The notes under the pieces were generated by a model, which had not been told where the DNA came from, searched no databases, and saw nothing but the letters and a program-made list of their open reading frames with translations. Source: Lytechinus pictus (taxonomy: Eukaryota). Taken from it: DNA of 64,000 nt. The stretch spans positions 248,001 to 312,000 of the forward strand of contig NC_087251.1 in assembly GCF_037042905.1 (NCBI RefSeq). The letters run 5' to 3'. Every line of letters begins with the position of its first letter. Positions within the stretch are counted from its first letter, which is position 1. Shown piece by piece: positions 14,201-26,920 of this stretch. Both the position numbers and the translations under genes were made by a program.

Positions 14201-14964
14201 TAGTCTATAAAGTTCGGCTCGGGTGTACGCAATTCTCTGTGAATATATGGAGCTGGAATGCAATAGCGAAGTCACGGGGTCCGGCCCCAGCACCGATGGT
14301 GCAATCAACAATGTGTGTACGTACATTGCTACTATGTACAGCCAACGCAGCAGTGCAGAAAACAGGAGAAATAAGCTATTCAAGTTCCAATAACTGTGCA
14401 TGGCTAAGATCCTAATTTGTGCTCAGTTCAATCACAGGTTTGACAAAAACACTCACAGATGAAGATAGAAACAATATAACAGTCAATAAGCGAGTAAAAG
14501 GCAAAAATCAAATCATAACATCAGAGTTAATAAATTAGCTACCTGGCTTCTGCAGAGCGCCCTCAATAATAATGTATAATTCGAACAATAAAAAACAAAA
14601 GAAATAGTGAGTGAGGGACATCATCGATTCTCTCATTTGCATGTGATTAAATTATGCATTTAACTATTTTGTTAAAAATAAGCGAAATTTCAAAATGTCA
14701 TAACTTTCTTATTTTACATCCGATTTTGATGAATTTTCCAGCGTTATGCTCGTTTGATTTGTCTCTATTTATTCAAATCAAGATTTTGTGGCGGTGGACT
14801 TGACCTTTAAAAGAGACAACTCATCCTCTACACTGCTTTTATAACTTCAATAGGTCTGGAGTCTGCCTCTGTGTCTCCCGTACTAACAGAGCAATTTCTA
14901 GGCAATGATTCCTCCCCAATTCTCAATGTGTGTTTAATAGACAGTTACCAGATAGGCTGGGGGA

Positions 14965-16008
14965 CCGGGGCGGGGGCGGGGGCAGGGGGGGAGCAGGAAT
15001 ACTCGCGTGTATATCGCATACAGGGATATGCCGCTCCAGTGGGTCGTTTTTTGCAAAAATATTCTTAGACATGGGTCTTGCTATTGCAAGAAATCCTTAG
15101 ACAAGGGTCCTATTTTTCAACTGAATAATCCTTAGACAAGAGTCCTATTTTTCAACTAAATAATCCTTAGACATGGGTCCGTTTCTGAAAAAAAAAACAT
15201 ATACTAGTACTTATAAGAATTCCCAGGAAAAGCCACAGAAATGTCTGTGCTAGTGGCCACCGAAAGGTTTAGTGCAAATACAAAAGGAAAAGTTAGTGTA
15301 AACCCCCATTGGAAATAGGCACGATCGCTGAAGTGAGAATCAAGCATTCTGATTGGTCAACTTGCATCGCACTGCTGTTCATTGTAATATATCTCTTACG
15401 TCAACTTGCGTCGCACTGCTGTACATTGCAATATATCTCTTACGTCAACTTGCGTTGCACTGCTGTACATTGCAATATATCTCTTACGTCAACTTGCGTT
15501 GCACTGCTGTACATTGCAATATATCTCTTACGTCAACTTGCGTTGCACTGCTGTACATTGTAATAGATCTCTTACGTCAACTTGCGTTGCACTGCTGTAC
15601 ATTGCAATATATCTCTTACGTCAACTTGCGTTGCACTGCTGTACATTGCAATATATCTCTTCCGTCAACTTGCGTTGCACTGCTGTACATTGCCATATAT
15701 CTCTTATGATTACCCGAAGATTTACCACGGATTGGCGGCGTGCGGTGATACGCACTCTGTTCACTTTTCTTGGGATGTGAGTTCGAATCCAAGTATATTT
15801 ACATGTAATTTTTTGGGGTAGGGATCTATTTTTTTTCTGGAAATGGGTCTATATTTTAAAGAAAATCCTTAGGCATGGGTCTGTATTGTGAGAAAAATCC
15901 TTAGACATGGGTACCTATCCACGGTCAAATGACCCTTAGAAATGGGTAAGGGTTTCAAGCCCCGAGCCTCACATCCCATCCAATCATAATCAAAATACCC
16001 CCTCCCGG
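14965..16008. mobile_element. Mutator-like non-autonomous element with internal minisatellite
   Basis: CCGGGG..CCCGG ends. 9-bp TSD GCTGGGGGA / GCTGGGAGA. Repeated ATCCTTAGACATGGGTC motifs near both ends. Confidence 0.65.
15357..15708. repeat. 44-bp minisatellite, 8 copies
   Basis: Unit TCAACTTGCGTTGCACTGCTGTACATTGCAATATATCTCTTACG at 15357, 15401, 15445 and onward, with no spacers. Confidence 0.95.
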
Positions 16009-16698
16009 GCTGGGAGAAGGGGGGCACTTTTCTTACCATGAAGAATGGTATTGTAGCTCCTATTTTTTAATACCTTTTCCCACTAAATATCTATTTACCT
16101 CACTTACTCATTTGATCCCTAGCCTTAGTACAGACCTATTCTTTATTTTGGCTGGAGATGGAATAACATACCCATAAATACTTAGATAATTGAATAATGA
16201 ATAAATTGCTATATTTGCAATTGTATATATTCTATTTAAAGATAACGTAAACTGCATTTGTGTTTGTAATCCCAATGGTATTGTAAGTTTATTTCACTCA
16301 TTTCTATATGTATATCTATTTGTAATTTCGTAAACCCGAAGTGGAAGAAATTACCTTCAAAGGACAATGAATATATTCTATTCAATTCAACCTATGATCT
16401 TCACACCCCAAAATTGTTCAGTTCATTGTCACTCCAATATGGATACATGATCAAAATCCCTAAAACGGTTCTTGAGTTATCGCGAATACAAACAGAATGA
16501 CCCAGAAACATAATGCATACGGCACCACCTATGGTGGGCGGAGGAAGAAAAAGAACTCACTGTTTTAATTCCTTGTACAATGGATAGCCCAGGTAAAAGT
16601 AATAATAACAAAGCGCCTCGGAATAGATTATTTCTAGATAGATGACACAATATAAATGTCTATCCTTATTATTATCATTACAAAGAAATTATACTTAC

Positions 16699-16839
16699 CT
16701 TTGCTAAATTTCTCTTGACTTTAAGGCGTACCATCCCTGTGGTGGTTTTGAGAATGTTGTAGACCTCATCCCGTGTCTTTCCTTCTAAATTGATATCATT
16801 GATCTGAGATACAATATCACCACTGTCAAGTCGACCGTC
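16699..16839 (-). CDS. Exon 6: C-terminal half of PDZ domain (DGRLDSGDIVSQINDINLEGKTRDEVYNILKTTTGMVRLKVKRNLAK)
   Basis: Acceptor TTTTTCAG and donor GTAAGT; 141 nt. Fits the PDZ pattern DGRL..GD.I..IN...L......EV...LK. Confidence 0.9.
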
Positions 16840-16870
16840 CTGAAAAATGAAATTTAACAAGCTGTATTAA

Positions 16871-18108
16871 TCCTAAAAGGACTGGAGGCTATGATGGCCC
16901 CCCTCGACGCTTTGCCCGATATTTCCCAAATGCACAAAGATAGTGCCGCAAAATTTTAGGACTTTTTCCTTTGAAGTCTCCCACAACTTTTGAGACCAAA
17001 TTCGCGACATACGTGACTTTTTACGAGACAATGTCGTGCCAAAAATGGCTCAATTTTATACTTTGTGTACAAAGACTATGAGAGATCAAATTCATTAAAG
17101 GGTGATAATTTTTTTCGTTATAATTGGTCTGCTTTAATTTAGGGTTTATTTCAGTTGCTGAATGGTCTGTAATAATTTCCATTGAAAAAACAATGAAAAA
17201 CAAAAGATACATAAAGAAAAAAAATTTGCTTTCGCAATTTTTCTTTATTATGGAAACCTTTAAATTAGATCAAAAAGATGACGTCTGAGAAAAAAAAAAT
17301 TTGAAGTGAAATTGGATGTTAAATTTGCAAATGTTTTTCAGGAATATATTTGCATATTTTATTCATAATAAATAACAAGTGTCGCTAGGGCGAGCACATA
17401 CGCCCGCCTATAACGTGGAAAATCTAGTTACTGGTCAAGCAACTGAAGTGATAGGTAGCGACTTGACCTTTGACCTTTTGACCTAGAAATCAATAGGCTT
17501 CCTGGGATCCATGCTAGTATCATACACATCAAATAATGAGCCTTGGTTAAGTTAAACTGAAGTTATCGCATTTACAAGGACTTCAGAAGGGTAAGATGAA
17601 AAAATGTCACTGTGACCTGGACCTTTGACCTTTTGACCTAAAAATCAAAAAGGCTTCCTGGGATCCATGCTAGTATCATACACACCAAATTATATGAGCC
17701 TTGGTTAAGTTAAACTGAAGTTATCAAGTTTACAAGGACTTGAGAAGGGTAAAATGAAAGCATGTCACTGTGACCTTGACCTCAGACCTTTTGACCTCAA
17801 AATCAATAGACTTCCTGGGATCCATGCTAGTATCATACACACCAAATTATATGAGCCTAGGTTGAGTCAAACTGAAGTTATCGCGTTCACAAGGAAAAGT
17901 TAACGGACGGACACCGAGCGTGATACCACAATACGTCCCATCTAGGACCTAGACATGCATATACATGTAAATAATAATTTTCAGAAAGAATATGTGTGCC
18001 AAATTTTGGCGCGATCACCCGAACGGCGCCCGAGATCAGAAGGAGGGCCTTCATGCCCCCCCCCCCCCCCATCCTCAATACATCTCAAATAGCCCAGTCC
18101 TGTTAGGG
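16871..18108. mobile_element. piggyBac-like MITE related to the 5221 family, containing a nested HINE
   Basis: TTAA flanks at 16867-16870 and 18109-18112. Termini TCCTAAAAGGACTGG / CCAGTCCTGTTAGGG. Confidence 0.7.
17373..17950 (+). mobile_element. HINE family A
   Basis: Start AACAAGTGTCGCTAGGGCGAGCACATACGCCC, ~155-bp units, end GACGGACGGACACCGAGCG..TACGTCCC. Confidence 0.8.
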
Positions 18109-18112
18109 TTAA

Positions 18113-18190
18113 CTGAATGAATGTTGCATACCTCATTTCTGGGTTTACCTTCTCAATTAATATCATTGATCTGCGCTACAATATCAATTC
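18113..18190 (-). pseudogene. Degenerate partial duplicate of PDZ exon 6
   Basis: Reads IDIVAQINDIN*EGKPRNEVCNIH versus the exon's GDIVSQINDINLEGKTRDEVYNIL. Confidence 0.75.
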
Positions 18191-20456
18191 AATATATACA
18201 AATCTTGCTAAAAACATGTAATTGGGAGCCCCTGAAAGCTAAAAAAAAAAACTTGTGGGGGCACCACCATGATACAATTAATTACAAATAAATATAACAC
18301 ATACAGAAAAAGTAAACAACAAATAACAACATTGAAATACAGTGCAAAGACACTGGACTAATGCAAACAAACAAATAAAAAAATTTTATTAACCATATCA
18401 GACATCTGAGCAGGGCAACTTTGATACATTGTTGCCTGCTTAAGACTGGGCTCGAATGGCCGGTCAATAAATTTCCAATCGTTTATCCACGGGCCCAATT
18501 TATTGCCCGCTCAGGAAAGTCAACGAGAAAATGCGTGGAAAATGTAGCGGGCAATAAAGCAGAGCTAACATCTGGGTATTCTACGCGTTATTGTACGTGT
18601 CCTTGAACCGCGCAGTGCTGTATGTCACGATGGTAATCAAGTTGAGACAACGCTGGATACTGCGTCCCAAGGCCAGGGACGCGTCATTTCAATTACGTCA
18701 CAATGGTAGTTCAGAGGCCCAGTCTGCTCAACATGACAAACTAGATTCTCATTCTTAAACTTTACAATATCTAAATTTTAACAATTTTTGCTCTAGATGT
18801 CTGATTTGGTTAATAATAGCAATATTGACTGGCCTGGGGGCGAAAGGACATATATCGCCCCCACTAAATTGATATCACCCTCGTCTACAACTCGGGCGAT
18901 ATAAATCTAGTTTGGGCGATATATGTCGTATCGCCCCGAGGCCAGTCAATATTGCTTTAATAATTATAAATTCATAGTGTTCTATTCACAGTGTGCTATT
19001 TAATACCTAATTTGGCAAGATTTTCATATTGAAAGAATTTGAGCCCAGGCTATGAAAGGCCAATAGCCTCTGATGGCTCCCCCATATTCTTTGTATTTAT
19101 ATTATGTCATATGTTGTATATTGATTGTATTTATATGTTTTTATGAGAACTGGAAATAAATAAAATGAATGAAATGTCCAAGTAAAACAAAATTCAGTTT
19201 GCGGAGTACACCAGGGGCGGTATTCTGAAAACCGTGCTAGCACATATACCGAGTTAGCTTACACGATTGGTATTCTGAAAATCATGTTAGCATGAAAAAC
19301 ATGTGGCCTAAGTGGTAGCACCGCAAATGACCATGAAATACGCAGTGCGCAACCCCTATACGCGGTGTTAGGTGGAAGATAACAAAAATTTGGTATTCTG
19401 AAAATGGTGTTGGCTAAAAAAAAATTCACAGATAACACGAAAAATTTAACACTGCGTTAAGGAGAGGTTAAGTTGGGGAAGGCAATGGCTGCACTTCTTC
19501 TAGCTGACACAAACGTAAAAAATACAGGCATATAGCTATCGTCTGGCACCCAGGGTTTGGCAGAACTTCCTCTAATTTTCTTTCATTTTTCCAGCTTTAG
19601 TTTCCTACTATACCTTTCTCTCTACTAACAATGATTAAACAACAATTTCTTCCTATAATCTTCCTGTAAAAATACCCTTTATATGCATCTTCAACTTGGA
19701 TTATTTAAAAATCGTTGTTTATATATGCTCATGAATTATTTATTTGGTTACTTTTTACCATATCGTTAAAAAAAAAGCTCTATGTTGGATAATACTTCTA
19801 AGTCAAGTTTAATGATTCTTAGAGTGTTTTTCATGCTTTAAATTTTGATTCGCATGTTAAATAGATATGCCCCCCCCCCCAATATTTTCATGGGGTGATC
19901 GCCCCCTCCACAATCGATCGAGGCCTCTGTCACCAGTTATAATCTCGTACCTATGCTGTCTGAAATAATCCATTCTTAATTGCCACAATCACCCCTCCCC
20001 ACGTCTCTATCTAGCTCTAATTTTTCTGTATGCGCTGACAATCAGTGATGCCACAATGCAGGATTCGTGTCACCACACGCGCACTCATTTCTTTCCCTTA
20101 AAAATCCTGCCCGATCTTTGGTGAACCTCATGAAGCTCTACCAGATGGAAGCAAAAATATCAAAATCGGTCAATAAATAAAGCATTTTTTGTGAATTTTT
20201 AAAAATGTGCATAAATTAGCATATTTAATGAGTTTCAAAATTCTGTGTAGAAGTTTTGAATCCCCCACCTAGTGCTATCATATAAAGCAAACAGAATTAA
20301 AATCGGACTTGAAATGACGAAGAAGAAGCATTTTGAAATTGTGGACAGACTACGGACGCCACGGCATAAGCTCATCAGGCCCTTCGGGCCGGATGAGCTA
20401 AAAACTAAATAGGGTTGAACAAAGTTTGGGCTGTTACTGAATGACTCTAAGCTAAC

Positions 20457-20612
20457 CTGTTCTGCTGCTCCTCCAGGTACAATGGTCTTTACAACCACTC
20501 CAATACCATGTGATCCTACTAGACCAAAACCTAGACCACGACCAGTATTCTGAAGCTCAATGTTGATGAATTCATAGTTAGACTGATCCCTACCTGATGC
20601 AGATGGATTGGA
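20457..20612 (-). CDS. Exon 5: N-terminal half of PDZ domain (..YEFINIELQNTGRGLGFGLVGSHGIGVVVKTIVPGGAAEQ)
   Basis: GLGF carboxylate-binding loop. AG acceptor, GTTAGC donor, 156 nt, phase 0. Confidence 0.92.
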
Positions 20613-21832
20613 CTATTAAGAGACAGAACCAAAAGGTTACATTAAAAAATGTTTCAATTAAATATAATAAGGCAGAGCATACAGAAAACTGCTGAGATTT
20701 GTCACTGTTTATTATTTAGTCAGTTTACAGTAAAGTGCTGAGATTTGTCAGTATTTATTATTCAGTCAGTTTTTGATAATCATACACCTCCTTCAATACA
20801 AATCACAACAGCTATAAATGTTTACACCATAAAGAATATAATTGTGTATGAAAGTTTGCAATGATACACATTCGTGGTGGCACAAATGATATTCTATAAA
20901 AAGTTACCTCTGTAATAATGCTATTTTGGCAAATTAGTATTCTGAAAGTATAATCATTATAAAATGTGTCCTGATTGAACTTTCATGTCATCTCACACTT
21001 TCACCCTGACAAATCATGGTCCAGAAAGAAAAAAGGCAAGATGGTGTTTCAACTTTGGCGTACGTTGATGAAGCAATTGCACTGCTCAGGATATTTTTAT
21101 TCTAATCTCCATGGGAGTATACAAAGAAGAAATGGATGTTTCATAAGAATTTTACCTCTGTCTAGAGAAATAAGGGCAAGATTATGAGATGAAATGATTC
21201 ATGCACAACAAATACAACTACAATCTCTCCTCTCATCATAACTATGAGCAAAGCTTTTGCCTTTATTATAATAACCTGAAAGTTAGACTATTTGTTTAGA
21301 ATGTATTCGTTTCATGGGCACTCTGTCTAGAATGGTGGCGTATTATTTATAGCTGACAGGCGATATAAAACTCATTAGCATTTGTCTATTCTTCTATATT
21401 GAATTTGAATGCACTGAAAACAGATCTTTTGATCGTTTCAATGTCATATTGATTGAGGTTATGTGGTTATGTTCATTTCTGCTTGTAACTGCAAGACACA
21501 TTGTGCTTTCAACAAAATCCTTTTATATGTCAATCTCATTTTGCATGCCTTTCCCCTACTGAGTGCTCCCATTGGTTGAAGCCTCAGGATGTTAATTCTA
21601 ACAAGTTTTCCAACTGTATATTATGTTTGTGATAGTAGTGGTTTGATGATTTCAACACAAATATTAATGCTTCTCATAATACAGATATGATAGCATTTTA
21701 AAGGTTTAAATACAGTAACTCATTTACTTATCAATGCAATTATAATGCATGATAGCCAGTACCTGTAAAAAAATTCATTATACCACCCCTTAGAGGATTT
21801 TAATCCCTGCTCTAAGTTAATGAGACACCTAC

Positions 21833-22033
21833 TACAGTGCGTTTGGGTTCAGCCATCTTTTCTCCTATGCTGCCTGCTTCTGAGAATGGTGAAGATGAGT
21901 TGCTCCTTTGTTCAAGAAGCTGCTGCTGCCTTGCTGCTATGTCAGGAGGTGATGTTGACTGGTTGGTAAAGGTCAAAGGTGAAGCGGTATCACTCCTTTG
22001 ACCCTGCTGCTTAGGACCTGATGATGGCAAATT
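21833..22033 (-). CDS. Exon 4: Ser/Pro/Gln-rich linker (NLPSSGPKQQ..EPKRTV)
   Basis: Acceptor TTTTATTAG and donor GTAGGT. 201 nt, open, phase 0. Confidence 0.8.
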
Positions 22034-22334
22034 CTAATAAAAGGTTTCAACAAGGGGGAAATTAAAAAAAACAAATAACTCCATTCATGTAAACAAGTAG
22101 AATGTCTCTGGCATCTCACTGGTATTATGCAAAGTTACAATAGTAACTTTTATACAACGGGGCCCAGCAGTGCTAACTTTGAAAGAAGTATGTGTAATTT
22201 TTTCTCTGAACCAATCAATAGAAAAAAAAGGAGCAAACTCTCTAATCATTCAATTAACAAGAATCTTCTATTAAAGGAGCAGGAATTTCTCCTCCCCTAG
22301 AATAACATTGTGAATGGTAAATGTGACTTCCTAC

Positions 22335-22544
22335 CTGATGTGAGAGAGAAGGCTGTGATCTCCCCTGCAATCTTTGTTGAGAAGCTGGCGATGGAGATGA
22401 GTTAGCACTTCTATTGGTGTTGGTTTGGGTTGGCGATTGGTGAGATAATGATGATGTTGAAGATGTTGAGGAACAGGTACTCAAAGGTGGACTAGTGACA
22501 GTAGATCCAGTACTACTGGCTAGTTTCTTGTCTGCCTCTATTTC
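22335..22544 (-). CDS. Exon 3 (EIEADKKLASSTGS..SLSHQ)
   Basis: Acceptor CAACAG and donor GTAG; 210 nt. Completes the coiled-coil motif begun in exon 2. Confidence 0.85.
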
Positions 22545-22713
22545 CTGTTGATTGAAAAGGACAATTCCAAAAAAAATAATACATCTAGACTGAGGTGAGT
22601 TAGTTGAATGATACTCAATTATTAATATTTTTAAAACCATTCACGGCCAGTCATAATTTTGCATAGGTCAAAATAATTGTCAGGTCATGTGTGCATGCAC
22701 AACCAATCATTAA

Positions 22714-23315
22714 AGGGATGGTCCAGGCTGGAGATATTTCTATCTCAATAAATAGAGAAAAATTCACAAAGCAAAATGCTGAAAATTTGATCAAAATCGG
22801 ATAACAAACAACAAAGTTATTGAATTTTAAAGATTTGCAATATTCCGGTGAAACAGTTCTACGAGGCATGTCTTTATGAATATTCATTAGGTGGGCTGAT
22901 GATGTCATATCCCCACTTGTCCTTTTGTATTTTGTTACATGAAATTAGGTTTATTCAAAAATTTTCTACCAAGAACTAAAATAATTGATTGAAAACTGTT
23001 TAAGTGCATTAGTTATTTATTGCCGCAACTTATTTCATCATAATGGAGAAACATCAATTACACATGTATGAAAAAATGAAACATTTATGATTTCATGTAA
23101 TAACATAAGAAAAGGGAAAGTGGAAATGTGACATCATCAGCCAACCTAATGAATATTCATGACGATGTGCATAAATGTTTTCACAAAATATTGATAAACT
23201 TTAATTCATTAACTTTGCTATTTGTTATCCGATTTTGATGAAATTTTCAGCATTTTGCTCTGTGAATTTAACTCTATTTATTTAGATATAAATATTTTCA
23301 GCCCGGACCATCCCT
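22714..23315. mobile_element. Kolobok-like MITE
   Basis: TTAA/TTAT flanks. Termini AGGGATGGTCC / GGACCATCCCT with long inverted arms. Confidence 0.75.
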
Positions 23316-24067
23316 TTATGGTGCCAGGTGCCCTAAACACTTTTTTGTAAGGATTTTATTTTTTGTCTTCTGAACTAGTTTCATGTGTGTACTTCATCAT
23401 GCAACTTGTTTTATTTCAACATTCCAACTCAAAACGTATAATCAAATAATCTGAAAACAGCCCACGGAGTTTTATTATGTAAAACACATGGGACTTTAAA
23501 ATAAGTGTCATAATTAGTATTATAGCCATTGCTTTATCATTTAATTGCACAAAATGAGGTTTTTCCCCATGAAAAATGTAATAACTTCAGTTCTAATCAT
23601 TGGATTTGCATGAAATTTTTAGGAAATCTGTATCTTGAAAAGAGTAAAAAAAAATAAATAATGATAGTTTTTGTGCATGATAGCCCCACAGGTGGAGTAG
23701 TGTATAAAATGCTTTCCTGAATTTCCAACTATCTGATCTCTTGTTAAATCCATTATTTCTATATACTCTGCATATTTCTTAAAGCCATCATTAATTCATT
23801 ATAAAGAATCCATCAAAATTACAAATAATACATAAAAACATATGTAACCACCAGTGTTGTGGAATTATAAGCAAACTACATTAAACAAAAGTGTCCCTAA
23901 GGCGAGCACATATTACGCTCCCCTGTAACATGGAAAATGGAGTTACTGGTCAAGCAAGAAAAGTGGAAGGTGGTGACTTCACCTTTGACCTTCTGACCTC
24001 AAAATCAATATAATTCCTGGGATCTATGCTAGTATCATACACACCAAATTATATGAGCCTAGGTTAA

Positions 24068-24680
24068 AGGGGAATCCAGCCTTGGCCATAAAATGTTGTG
24101 TTGGGAAGGAGAAAAATAAATTAAACAGATTGGTGAAAGTTTTAAAGAAATCGGTCAAGCAATAAGAAAGTTATAGCTGCTTTAAAATTGAGATCACTAA
24201 TACTATGTACATTTCAAATTGGCAACTGGGTAAGTAAATTATGACAAGGGGCAAGGGGCAAGGACAACTTTCCCATAGGCCATGTACTTTATTATCAGGG
24301 ATATGTGGTTTTCTCCTAAGTACCCATTCCCCTGGGGCAGTAATCTAAATATAACCCAGGTAGTATATTGTTTTATGTCCTCATGAAAGAAAAATATAAT
24401 TTTTAAAATAAAACATTTGGGAAAAATGACATTTTAGCCATAATATGTATTGGAGTACATGGAAGAGTAGTCCTTGCCTTACATCACTATGCCATCCCAT
24501 ATGCGGCCAATTTGAAGTCTCCATGGGTATAGTGATTACCAATATTTACAACTTTTAAAAATGTATAACTTTCTTGTTGTTTGTCCAATATTATTCAAAC
24601 TTTCACCTATCAACTTGTCTGATTTTTCTTTTCCTTATACAAAGTTTTTATTTGGGTTTTTATTTGGGTTGGATTCCCCT
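24068..24680. mobile_element. Kolobok-like MITE
   Basis: TTAA TSD at 24064-24067 and 24681-24684. Termini AGGGGAATCCA / TGGATTCCCCT. Confidence 0.85.
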
Positions 24681-24839
24681 TTAAGTTAAACTTAAGCCAT
24701 CCTGTTAAAAAGGACTTCAGAAGGTAAGTTAAAAATATGTCACTGTGATCTTGACCTTGGACCTTTTGACCTTGAAATCAATAGGCTTCCAATAGGCATG
24801 CTAGTATCATACTCACCAAATTATATGAGCCTAGGTTAA

Positions 24840-25605
24840 CCCTATCTAGGCCGGGGGGTGGGGGGCCTCAGAGGCCCCCCCCCCCCTCAACGATTCGCGC
24901 AATATCTTTGCCACATGAAATTTTTGACCGCGTCGCTCGCTGACTTTTTACTTTCAAGTCTTGCGCAACTTTTGAGACCAACCCAGGTACGTGATTTCAA
25001 AATTACTCAACATTATGTAAGTGCATGTCAGACCAAAAATTGCTCAAAAACGTGATTTTGTGTACAAAGTCAATGCAAATTGTGTTTTCAACCAAAAATC
25101 ATAAATGTATTATTTTTAGTGTTGCTGGTCTAAATGTACATTTTTCATGCTTTTTATGATCTCAGAAGAGTCCCCAACAAATTTCATTAAAAAAACAAAG
25201 AAAAACAAAAGGTCAACAACAAAAAAATACATAAGAAATTGCAAAAAACAATATAATACATAAGAAAATGATTTGATATCGCAAATTTGTTCATGTGCAC
25301 TTGCTAAGAACACCACAAAGAGTTTCTATACCAAAAATTAGAACATTTGGAGCTTTATTTTAATAGGGAGTTAAAGGAAAAAGTATGATTTTGCATACTA
25401 ATTATTCATAAATTAGCATAATCACTCAATAGCAATTCCCATGAAATAAATTACTATACAATTTTGTAGATTATGTCCCAGACAACCCGTGTGCCAATTT
25501 TCGGCATGATCGCGCAGTTGACGGCCGATATCTCAAGGGGGGCCTGGGAGGCCCCCCCCCCCCCCCAGCCATATGAACTCCCCGAATACCCCGGCCTAGA
25601 TAGGG
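24840..25605. mobile_element. piggyBac-like MITE (inverted copy of 5221-5983)
   Basis: TTAA TSD; TIR CCCTATCTAGGCCGGGG. Confidence 0.85.
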
Positions 25606-26782
25606 TTAAGTTAAACCAAGAGTGTCGCTAAGGGAGCACATAATATGCCCACCTGTAACACAGAAAATGGAGATTGGTCAAGCAAGAAAAGTGGAAAGTG
25701 GCGACTTCACCTTTGACCTTCTGAGCTCAAAATCAATAGAATTCCTGGGATCCAAAAAATTATATGAGCCTAGCTTAAGTTAAACTGAAGTTATCGCATT
25801 TACAAGGACTGCAGAAGGGTAAGATGAAAACATGTCATTGTGACCTTGACCTTTGGACCTCAAAATCGATAAGCTTTCTGGGATCCATGCTTATATCATA
25901 CACACTTAAAATTATATGAGCCTAGGTTAAGTTAAACTGAAGTTATTGCGTTTACAAGGACTGCAGAAGGGTAAGATGAAAACATGTCAGTGTCACCTTG
26001 ACCTATGGACCTCAAAATCTATAGGCTTTCTGAGATCCATGCTAGTATCATACACACTAAATTATATGAGCCTAGGTTAAGTTAAACTGAAGTTATCGCG
26101 TTTACAAGGACTGCAGAAGGGTAAGATGAAAACTTGTCAGTGTGACCTTGACCTTTGGACCTCAAAATCGATAGGCTTTCTGAGATCCATGATAGCATCA
26201 TAAAGACCAAATTATATCAGCCTAGGTTAAGTTGAACTGAAGTTATTGCATTGACAAGGACTGCAGAAGGGTAAGATGAAAACTTGTCACTGGATCCTGA
26301 CATTTGACCTTTTGACCTCAAAATCGATAGGCTTCCTGGGATCCATGCCAGTATTATACACACCAAATCATATGAGCTTAGGTTAAGTTAAACTGAAGTT
26401 ATCGCGTTTACAAGGAAAAGTTAACGGACGGACGGACAGACAGACAGACAGACGGACGGACACCGAGCATGATAATAAATACGTCCCGTAGGATGAGCGT
26501 ATAAAAATCATGATTTTTAAGTCTTGATTTTGAATGACCATATTTTGCTTATGCGTAAAGCATACATGCTACAAAGCAATTATTTGTGTAGATCAGCTCA
26601 TAAGCTTTCCAAAAATATATGGTTTGTTGGGGTACAGGTACTTAGTAAGAATATTGTGCTTCATTATACCCCTGTAGTTGTTTCCGCATGGTAATAGGAC
26701 ACCTAGCACCTTCAGTCAGGAACTTAGGATCCATTTATCATCTTCTTGTTGGTGTTTTTATTGTTGTTGTTAATAATAATAC

Positions 26783-26920
26783 CTGGTGACGTCGAGCTCT
26801 CTCTTCATTTTTCTTCTTGATGTCATCAATCTTTTGGTTGAGAACGTCTTCTTGTTCTTCCTTACTCAGTATATCAAGGAGGGTAAAGTTATCAACAAGA
26901 TCAGTCAGTTGTTTGGTCAA
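26783..26920 (-). CDS. Exon 2: coiled coil, CCDC9-N-terminus-like (LTKQLTDLVDNFTLLDILSKEEQEDVLNQKIDDIKKKNEERARRHQ)
   Basis: Acceptor CTTGTCTCTCATAG and donor CAG/GTAT; 138 nt, phase 0. Confidence 0.85.

Larger units (their letters stand above)
9695..14564 (-). mobile_element. Near full-length single-ORF CR1-group LINE (Rex1/Babar- or Daphne/Crack-like), inactivated
   Basis: ORFs 14027-14401 and 12668-14023 are in one frame separated by one stop. Motifs KKRGCRGG, PLPSILLSNLRS, ITETWL, GGGVAAYV, FGDFN, SDH, DYAKAFD, GVPQGTKLGP, YVDD. Candidate TSD AATAAT at 9689-9694 and 14565-14570. AATAAA near 9715 on the minus strand. Confidence 0.85.
9370..14806. mobile_element. Kolobok-like TTAA MITE split by a LINE insertion
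   Basis: TTAA at 9366-9369 and 14807-14810. Termini AGGACAAGTCCACC / GGTGGACTTGACCT. Long imperfect inverted arms at 9370-9690 and 14565-14806. Confidence 0.75.
23884..26505 (+). mobile_element. Two adjacent HINE family A copies; the first carries two TTAA insertions
   Basis: Family A heads at ~23884 and ~25615, ~150-bp units, GACG/GACA microsatellite and terminal hairpin at ~26480-26503. Confidence 0.75.

Noticed and set aside
15357..15708. CRISPR-like array / Cys-rich ORFs
   Set aside because: Units are contiguous with no unique spacers; no cas genes; eukaryotic context. The ORFs are repeat translations.
16699..20612. Assigning MPDZ/PATJ as gene symbol
   Set aside because: The PDZ resembles that class, but only one PDZ is seen and the N-terminus is not evidently an L27 domain.
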